The notes under the pieces are model-generated. The model was not told the origin of the DNA. It saw only the letters and a program-made list of their open reading frames with translations, and did not search any database. The position numbers were made by a program, and so were the translations under genes. DNA of 64,000 bases from NCBI GenBank assembly GCA_029262595.1, contig JAJCZB010000041.1, positions 22,123-86,122 of the forward strand. Direction: 5' to 3'. Positions within the stretch are counted from its first letter, which is position 1. Each line of letters starts with the position of its first letter. Source of the stretch: Candidatus Babelota bacterium. GTDB taxonomy: Bacteria > Babelota > Babeliae > Babelales > Vermiphilaceae. Positions 17,001 through 23,280 of this stretch are shown here, piece by piece.

Positions 17001-17839
17001 GGACAGCCGTGACCTGAGGCCCTCTTCTGTATATTAGCTTGCCATTCATGATCGGAGCCTTTTGAGCATTTCCACCAAAATTTAGCTTTGCCCCCCCCAA
17101 AAACACCCTCAGGCAATAAGTTCCCATTTTTAATAGGATGCCACTCATTTGCTAAAAATGGATGCTTACTTGATAAAGAATTGGTTACACTTACTCTTTT
17201 TCCATCACAAAACGGACAGCCTGATCCTGCACGGCTACGCTCAACAGCCTTTTGTCTCCATTCATGATCTGGCCCCTTAGAACACTTCCACCAAATATAT
17301 TGATTACTTCCAGCTCTAACCTTGTCTGAAAACAGTCCTTTATTTTTTGTAGGATGCCATTCCTTTAAAAGGCCTAAATGAGTAACTGATAAGGGTGCTT
17401 TATGACATTTTGGGCAACCACGATAAGAGCCATCTTTTCTTATATGAGAAATAATAGAAGCTTTCCACTCATGATCAACATCACATCGCCACCAATAAAG
17501 TCTTTTACTTCTAGATCCAACCACATCCTTTGGAGTTAAAGGAAAATTTTTTTTGTAATGCCATCGCTTAGCTAAAATGGGATGAAGCGTCAACAAACTA
17601 TTGGTTTTAGATAATCGATAATTAATACAAAAAGGACATTTTGAATTAGCCTTTGCACGATAAGCAACAGTATTCTGCCACACATGATCATCAGATACAG
17701 GGCATAACCACCACACATTACGATTAGTGTTTGCGATTAATTTAGATGCGTATAGGTCACCATTCTTAACAGGGTGCCATTGTTTAGCAATATGAGGATG
17801 AGTTTCTATCAATGATTGTTTTTTCGATTGCTTCTTCAT
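14018..17839 (-). CDS. 1273-aa fusion: 6x treble-clef zinc-ribbon repeats + SF2 (DExH, SNF2/DEAD-like) helicase + C-terminal Rrp8-like SAM-dependent methyltransferase
   Basis: Six repeats of WHP.KN...(V)WW.C...H.W......R..G.GCP.C (aa 12-424). Helicase motifs are GTGAGKT (I), CPNNVI (Ia), VIDEIHQSK (II), MSATP (III), [14 protein letters not shown] (V) and [11 protein letters not shown] (VI). Methyltransferase blocks are [36 protein letters not shown] and [15 protein letters not shown]. Confidence 0.85.
   Translation of the reverse strand: [1273 protein letters not shown]
14075..14557 (-). other. Rrp8-like (Methyltransf_8-type) class I methyltransferase domain of the fusion protein (aa ~1095-1255)
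   Basis: Block-by-block resemblance to eukaryotic Rrp8/nucleomethylin as I remember it: YH..F......WP, DFGCG, CDM.QVPLE.ES, F.LSLMGTN, EA.R.LK..G.L..AE..SR, LGF. No (D/N/S)PP(Y/F/W) DNA amino-methyltransferase motif. Confidence 0.65.
14885..15967 (-). other. SF2 helicase core domain of the fusion protein (aa ~625-985)
   Basis: Walker A GTGAGKT at aa 648-654, DEIH at aa 744-747, SAT at aa 784-786, GRIYRQGQ at aa 970-977. Confidence 0.8.
16568..17806 (-). repeat. Six tandem, diverged ~68-72-codon zinc-ribbon repeat units inside the fusion gene
   Basis: The conserved Trp of the W(H)P.KN motif falls at aa 21, 93, 161, 233, 304 and 375. Each unit ends in a C-P-x-C knuckle, with the H.W element 16-20 residues (about 18) before it. 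Confidence 0.8.
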
Positions 17840-17925
17840 AATGTTTCAATATGCCTTATACTGGCGTTTTGAGCAAGTCAAAGAGCCTCATAAAAGGACT
17901 TTTGCTTCTTTGCAATCATTCCCCG

Positions 17926-17954
17926 TTGCCATATACACCCATCCCCCCTATACT
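17926..17954 (+). promoter_or_regulatory. Candidate sigma70-type promoter facing away from the island operon
   Basis: TTGCCA (17926-17931), a 17-nt spacer, then TATACT (17949-17954). It would drive rightward transcription into the structured non-coding region. Confidence 0.35.
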
Positions 17955-17960
17955 ATTCCT

Positions 17961-18554
17961 CATTCAAATAAAGCATTCCCATACGGCTTCGCATAACCTG
18001 TCCTTCGTAGTTTTAACGAAGTAGGAAGCTACGCCGTACACGCAAAGGAAGATCATGGCAGTATTCACAATCACATCCTTATATTGGCCTCTGGGCGCAC
18101 CCGTCTTCGCTCTAGCGAGCTTCTTCGGGCTACCGCAGCCAGCAATGCTTTTAGAGCAACGCTAAGATCAGCTGCCCAATTTCAATATCTAAATCCTTAC
18201 TTAATAAGTATCCTGAAAAATCCAATAACTTTCGCCGTAGCTTTCAAGCAAAGGCGAAATATGGAGAATGCTATGACCTTATTCATTCAATACTATCTCC
18301 CGGGTGCGCCCGAGAGATAATCTCTTAAAATCACTGTTCAATAATTTTCGTATTTTTATTATCTGAGATTTATATGGTTAAAAACCGCGTGGTGGTTTTG
18401 ACCCTCGATGATTACAGGAGAATGGCTTCTGCCTTTGCTGTTTTCGTGCGCGTTGATACACGAAGAAAAGCGGCAAAAAAATCAAACAGGAAATCAAAAC
18501 CTAATGACGATAAGAAGGCCCGTAGTCCATCTGGATTACGAGCCTTTCTTTTTT
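17961..18554 (+). ncRNA. Candidate large structured non-coding RNA, class unknown
   Basis: The region is locally GC-enriched. There is a nested hairpin at 17982-18038. A 15-bp long-range helix pairs 18089-18103 with 18301-18316. A 7-bp hairpin pairs 18230-18236 with 18253-18259. Another hairpin lies at 18381-18399. A strong terminator ends the region at 18515-18554. The ORFs here run through these structures. Confidence 0.35.
18515..18554 (+). terminator. Rho-independent terminator
   Basis: AAGGCCCGTAGTCC-ATCT-GGATTACGAGCCTT forms 13 pairs (including one G-T wobble) with one mismatch, followed by TCTTTTTT. Confidence 0.6.
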
Positions 18555-18615
18555 CCCACGTTCCTTTATCCTGTACTCATCAAAGAGGACCACCCTCTCT
18601 TAATTACTAACTTTT

Positions 18616-19100
18616 TTATGAAAGTAATTTCTGTATTATCTGCGTAATTTTTTCAATCGATAGCTCTATAGTTTTCAAATCATTAATGAGCAGTGCTTTC
18701 TTGTGTAGGTTTATTTGATCTTGCAATGTTTTTCTTTGCCAGAACCACAATTGCTTTGAATCTTTCACCATATCACTTGCTTGATCTATTAACTCTTCAA
18801 GCAGCCTCTTTTTATCAATAATTAACCGAGTGCTTTCATCCTCTTTTTCATGCTGCTTTGCATTTTCAACTATAGCATTAATGTTATCTGATGAGAGCGC
18901 ACTGCGATTGGTTATTATTATACCCTTCTTTTCTCCTGTGGATTCTTCTTGAGCAGTGACTTTCACAATACCATTCGCGTCTACCGCAAAAGTGATTTTA
19001 ATTTGAGGAACACCTTTAGGCATCGGTGGAATTCCTGAAAGCGAAAAATCTCCTAATAATAAATTGTCTTTTGCAAATTGTAGAATCTTCGGATGAAGTA
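18616..19100 (-). pseudogene. Truncated Hsp70/DnaK: only the distal substrate-binding domain and helical lid remain
   Basis: LLGDFSLSGIPPMPKGVPQIKITFAVDANGIVKVTAQEESTGEKKGIIITN.SALSSDNINAIVENAKQHEKED aligns to the DnaK region L.[44 protein letters not shown].DAE. No ATG, GTG or TTG start lies between it and tRNA-Glu. The track ORF only stays open because it reads through the tRNAs. Confidence 0.6.
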
Positions 19101-19103
19101 AGA

Positions 19104-19181
19104 TGGCGTCCCTAATGGGATTTGAACCCATGTTTTCGCCGTGAAAGGGCGATGTCCTAGACCAGGCTAGACGATAGGGAC
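19104..19181 (-). tRNA. tRNA-Glu (anticodon UUC), CCA encoded
   Basis: The reverse complement folds as GTCCCTA/TAGGGAC acceptor, anticodon arm TCGCC-CTTTCAC-GGCGA, T arm ATGGG-TTCAAAT-CCCAT, discriminator G, CCA. It closely resembles bacterial tRNA-Glu. Confidence 0.9.
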
Positions 19182-19286
19182 GCGGAATTTTCAATAGTAC
19201 GCCGTTGAAGGCGTTATATAAAAGACAAGTGTATGAATAATCATCATCTTTCTTAAAGGCTCTCTTTTGAGAGAACTTGAAAAAGA

Positions 19287-19362
19287 TGGTGAGCCGCGTT
19301 GGATTCGAACCAACGACCCACAGCTTAAAAGGCTGTTGCTCTACCAACTGAGCTAGCGGCTC
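19287..19362 (-). tRNA. tRNA-Lys (anticodon UUU), CCA encoded
   Basis: The reverse complement is GAGCCGC-TA-GCTC-AGTTGGTA-GAGC-A-ACAGC-CTTTTAA-GCTGT-GGGTC-GTTGG-TTCGAAT-CCAAC-GCGGCTC-A-CCA, a perfect 76-nt cloverleaf. Confidence 0.92.
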
Positions 19363-19469
19363 ACACACATTTTTATTTCAAAAGATAAGGAATAATACTC
19401 TAAAAGGTATATTCCAGTGGGCTATTTGTCAAGAAAAAAGAGGACTTTTTGCTGACTTTTAGCTCACTA

Positions 19470-20237
19470 TCACTGAGAAGTAATATAAAGAGGCACTCCT
19501 TGAGCACGCGCCACAGTGCTACACAGCTTAATATACTCTGATTTTGCCGCTATAATATCGGAAGTTTTGACCCAAATATTAATTGAAAAACCCAGAGTAT
19601 CTGCCGAGGATGCTGCATAAGAAACACTTATTTCTTTATCTTTAATAGCAAGATCCATTTGTTGCCACGCATCTTGAAAAACACGTATGGCCTTATCAGC
19701 ATCATCCTTTGTGGATACTGAAGCATGAAAAACAATCACCCGCTGCTTTAATGCCGTAATATTTACTACTTTATTTTTAATCAATAGTTCATTGGGAACC
19801 CGAATAAGCTTATTATCTATCGTTTTTAGCATCACTGAAAGCAATCCGATATCCTGTATTTTTCCTTGAGCATCGTCATATTTAATAACGTCACCCACTC
19901 GCAATGAATGTTCTATCATCAAAAAAATACCACTTATCACATTCGCAATAGTTGTCTGAGAAGCAAAACCAATGGCCACACCAAATACCCCGGCAGCACC
20001 TAATAACGTTGTAATATTAAAACCAGAGACATTTAAAATTATACCGACGGTAATAATAAACAACGTATATTTTAAAAAAAACGCTAAAACATCTTCTGTA
20101 GATTGTGGCAATCGATTGGATACAAATCCCACTATTTTTCCCGTAGCATATCCTACAATAAAATATGCCATAAAACAGGTTGCGGCTGCCCCAACAATGC
20201 GAATAATATCCATTACTTCAAATTCACCAATGAGCAT
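19470..20237 (-). CDS. Small-conductance mechanosensitive channel (MscS family)
   Basis: TM3/beta-domain signature LLGAAGVFGVAIGFASQTTIANVISGIFLMIEHSLRVGDVI....G.I.DIGLLSV.L.T.DN.L..VPN. The start is uncertain (ATG at 20237 or 20213; the longest ORF start at 20279 overlaps mgtE). Confidence 0.8.
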   Translation of the reverse strand: MLIGEFEVMDIIRIVGAAATCFMAYFIVGYATGKIVGFVSNRLPQSTEDVLAFFLKYTLFIITVGIILNVSGFNITTLLGAAGVFGVAIGFASQTTIANVISGIFLMIEHSLRVGDVIKYDDAQGKIQDIGLLSVMLKTIDNKLIRVPNELLIKNKVVNITALKQRVIVFHASVSTKDDADKAIRVFQDAWQQMDLAIKDKEISVSYAASSADTLGFSINIWVKTSDIIAAKSEYIKLCSTVARAQGVPLYITSQ

Positions 20238-20250
20238 AATACGTACCTTT

Positions 20251-21618
20251 TTATAATAAACTCGACAAAAGATATCCACTCACATGACAGTAAATCAAAA
20301 TTCCCAAAATATCCATAAATGTAGCAAGCAATGGCCCGGCAGAAAACGCTGGATCAATGTTAAACTTACGCAACACAAAGGGAATGACATTGCCCAGCAT
20401 TGATGCTAGCAACACAACGAGCGCAAGAGAGATGCCAATTGCATAGCATTCCATTAATGATCCACCAACCCAATAAGCACGCCCAAAAGAAATTGCACCC
20501 AACATCAAAGAAAGAGTACTTGAAATAATAATTTCACGTCGTAAAAGCCGGAACAGATTACCAAATGTAAGTTCACCTGATGCCATTCCTTGAATCACTA
20601 CAGCAGACGTTTGGCTACCACTATTTCCTCCAGCACTCATTAAAATAGGCAAAAATGAAAACAGGATGCCTATTTTCATCGTTCCTTCATAAAAGCGCAA
20701 AAGTTCTCCTGAAAAAGTCTCTGCAATCATAAATGCAACAAGCACATATCCTCGCAAATAGAGTAAACGCCAAAATGAAATTTCAAAGTAGGGATACTTC
20801 ATAGGCGGCAAAGACGCCATACGCTGCACATCTTCTTCTGCTTCTTCCACCAATACGTCGACCAACTCTTCACCCGCAATCACACCTAAAAATGTATTGC
20901 TATCGCTGACGACAGGAACCGCAATTAATCCATAGTGAACCATCTCTTTGGCCACCGTTTCTTGGTCATCGTCCGCGCGCACTACTAATTCGTTTTTTTT
21001 CATAAAATCACTAATGCGCTCTTGCGGCTTATGCAATACTAAATCTTGCAATGTGATATAACCAAGAAGATTATGGTCTTTATCTACTACAAACATTTGC
21101 TGATGAATTTCTTGGCGTGGTTGCACGCGTTGCAATAGCTTGATTGCTTGATCTACAGTAAAGCCACCCATAATGGTAAGCACGTCGGTGGTCATAATAC
21201 CACCAGCTGAGTCAGGCTCAAACTGCAAAATCGAAATAACCCCTTCACGCACATCTTTGGCAAGCATATTAAGATATTTTTTCAAATCTTCATCAGAAAG
21301 ATGATCAAATACATCGGCAAGCTCATCAGTGGACAGCGCACGAAACGCTTCAAGCTTTTCACCGTCACTCAGCGACGCCAAGACATCAACTTTCATCAAA
21401 TCTGATAGTTCTTCAAAGACGGATGTTTTTAAATTAGTAGGTAATTGCGCAAAAAGATTCTGCCCGTCATCTCTAGAAATAGTACCCAAAAAAATCGCTA
21501 TATCTGCAGGATGAAGCCCGGTGAATGCCTCCCACAAAGACTCTCCTAATGCAGAGTTTCGGCTAATAACAACCTCTAAATTGTCTCGTACTTCACCAAA
21601 TATTCTTTCTCTATCCAT
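20251..21618 (-). CDS. mgtE: Magnesium transporter MgtE
   Basis: MgtE N-domain, tandem CBS region, and C-terminal TM domain with GGNSGSQTSAVVIQG and FSAGPLLATFMDILG. Confidence 0.9.
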   Translation of the reverse strand: MDRERIFGEVRDNLEVVISRNSALGESLWEAFTGLHPADIAIFLGTISRDDGQNLFAQLPTNLKTSVFEELSDLMKVDVLASLSDGEKLEAFRALSTDELADVFDHLSDEDLKKYLNMLAKDVREGVISILQFEPDSAGGIMTTDVLTIMGGFTVDQAIKLLQRVQPRQEIHQQMFVVDKDHNLLGYITLQDLVLHKPQERISDFMKKNELVVRADDDQETVAKEMVHYGLIAVPVVSDSNTFLGVIAGEELVDVLVEEAEEDVQRMASLPPMKYPYFEISFWRLLYLRGYVLVAFMIAETFSGELLRFYEGTMKIGILFSFLPILMSAGGNSGSQTSAVVIQGMASGELTFGNLFRLLRREIIISSTLSLMLGAISFGRAYWVGGSLMECYAIGISLALVVLLASMLGNVIPFVLRKFNIDPAFSAGPLLATFMDILGILIYCHVSGYLLSSLL

Positions 21619-21805
21619 GGCGCCGCTCCTGCGATACGTGCTTGTGATATGATAAAATCCCTAATACCCCCAGTCTAGCCGCTGAATCCAATAGGCGCAA
21701 GTTGGGCCTTTCCATTTGACTTTAGGGCACTTTAAGCTACTATTTTTAATTATTGGAGGACATTATAGTGATTTTGATCAATAGAAATAAAAATAGAGAG
21801 AGTGC

Positions 21806-22771
21806 ATGGATACAAAGAGTTTGGTAGAGCCCAATAGCCACTTTGTGCTACATGTGCCTCGAGAGTATGATAATAGCCGTCTTGATAAATTCATTGCCGC
21901 TCAATTCCCGCTGTATTCTCGCTCTTTTTTCACACGCCTCATCGATGATGGATTGGTTACGATCAACGATAGCGTGGTGAGCAAATCGGGCGCTCGAGTA
22001 ACCATCGGAGATACAATCTCAGTGCGATTTCCTGCACAGCGTGAAGTGCAAATAGATGCACTCAAAGAGAAAGCTCCAGCAATTGAAGTCCTCCATGAAA
22101 GCCCACAATTTCTCATTATTCATAAACCCGCGGGGCTTTTGGTCCATCCAACTTCTATGGCCAGTACGGCAGCAACGCTGGTCGATTGGCTGCTCGTGAA
22201 TTATTCAAATATAGAAAACGTTGGATATGTGGATCGGCCGGGAATTGTACATCGCTTAGATAAGGACACCTCTGGCCTCTTAATCATCCCACGCACAAAT
22301 CAAGCGCATGGCATCTTTGCGGATCTTTTTCGTGATCGAAAAATGAGCAAAACGTATTATGCGATTGTAAAAGGGCATCCCGAAAAAATGGGAGTCATAA
22401 CATCTGCCATCGGCCGTGATCCCATTTCTCGAACAAAAATGACAACCAAAGAGCACAACGGCCGCGGTATTAAAATGCGCGACGCAACGACGCACTACAA
22501 AGTCCTTGAATATTTTGATGACGCAGCTCTCGTGCAAGCAAAGCCAGTCACCGGCAGAACACATCAAATTCGCGTTCACCTTGCTTCAATCGGGCATCCC
22601 CTTATTGGAGACGTTGTCTATGGATCCAAGTCAAAGCTCATCAAACGCCACGCGCTGCACGCGCACAATCTTGAGTTTGAGTTTCAGGGCAAAAAATATT
22701 CATTTGAAAAGACGCTTCCAGAAGATATGACGCAATTAGTTGATACACTTCGCGCTCAAACTACAAAATAA
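21806..22771 (+). CDS. rluD: RluA/RluD-family 23S rRNA pseudouridine synthase
   Basis: N-terminal S4 domain (RLDKFIA), catalytic HRLDKDTSGLL, and C-terminal TGRTHQIRVHLA. Confidence 0.85.
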   Translation: MDTKSLVEPNSHFVLHVPREYDNSRLDKFIAAQFPLYSRSFFTRLIDDGLVTINDSVVSKSGARVTIGDTISVRFPAQREVQIDALKEKAPAIEVLHESPQFLIIHKPAGLLVHPTSMASTAATLVDWLLVNYSNIENVGYVDRPGIVHRLDKDTSGLLIIPRTNQAHGIFADLFRDRKMSKTYYAIVKGHPEKMGVITSAIGRDPISRTKMTTKEHNGRGIKMRDATTHYKVLEYFDDAALVQAKPVTGRTHQIRVHLASIGHPLIGDVVYGSKSKLIKRHALHAHNLEFEFQGKKYSFEKTLPEDMTQLVDTLRAQTTK

Positions 22772-22857
22772 TTGACCATTTTTTCTTTTTATTTTTTACG
22801 TATACTTGCATACAAGTAAATACATAATTAATTCCTATTTTACATCACAGGAACGTC

Positions 22858-23280
22858 ATGAATAAATTTCTTTTCATTGCACTTCTTGCATGTGTATCTC
22901 CCGCATTAGCTATGCAACGAAGTGGAGCAGCTTGCGCACGTGCAGCAATAGGCGCGCACGCTAGTCGCAGAGCGACTGCAGCGCCTGCTCATTCTACTGC
23001 TTTGCAACTAGCCCAAAGAAGAATATCTGTACGCCTCGGAGACGATAAAAAAGAAAAGTCAACCGCTAGTCCTCAGCCAAATCTGCCCACCTCTCATGCC
23101 GATCCTGACATTAAATTATATACAGCGGCCACCCAGGCAGCAGCAATAATAGCAGCAGCTACATTCTGCTCGGGAGATCCATATATAGGAATATTTGCTG
23201 CAACGACGGCAGGTGCTATGGGAGCTGAGACCAGAGCTATGAGACGAGATGCTCAACGAGCACGCCAGAAGAGAGACTAA
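22858..23280 (+). CDS. Ala-rich secreted/membrane hypothetical protein
   Basis: Signal peptide MNKFLFIALLACVSPALA, an Ala-rich low-complexity body, and a hydrophobic C-terminal segment. No known motif. Confidence 0.4.
   Translation: MNKFLFIALLACVSPALAMQRSGAACARAAIGAHASRRATAAPAHSTALQLAQRRISVRLGDDKKEKSTASPQPNLPTSHADPDIKLYTAATQAAAIIAAATFCSGDPYIGIFAATTAGAMGAETRAMRRDAQRARQKRD

Noticed and set aside
17961-18554. Identification of the structured region as RNase P RNA, tmRNA, SRP RNA, 6S RNA or a T-box leader
   Set aside because: I find no GGAAAGUCC or ACAGAA..CGGCUUA (RNase P). I find no tRNA-like T-arm next to the closing helix and no plausible ...LAA tag frame (tmRNA). The GCAGCCA at about 18135 lacks the paired AGGUCAGG/GGAA helix-8 context (SRP). 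The interior does not fold into a 6S-like rod. ACCGCG and TGGTGG occur in the wrong order for a T-box, and there is no downstream gene to regulate.
18084-18647. Three overlapping plus-strand ORFs (78, 78 and 79 aa) in the island's non-coding gap
   Set aside because: They have no SD sequences and an odd composition. They run straight through the long-range helix, hairpins and intrinsic terminator. The third frame has no ATG at all. I treat the region as RNA or structural rather than coding.
19101-19368. N-terminal 90 codons of the 250-aa track ORF 18616-19368
   Set aside because: This stretch is the translation of tRNA-Lys and tRNA-Glu; the peptides ...GSNPTR and ...GSNPIR derive from GGTTCGAATCC-like T-loops. 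Only the part below 19100 has protein (DnaK) homology.
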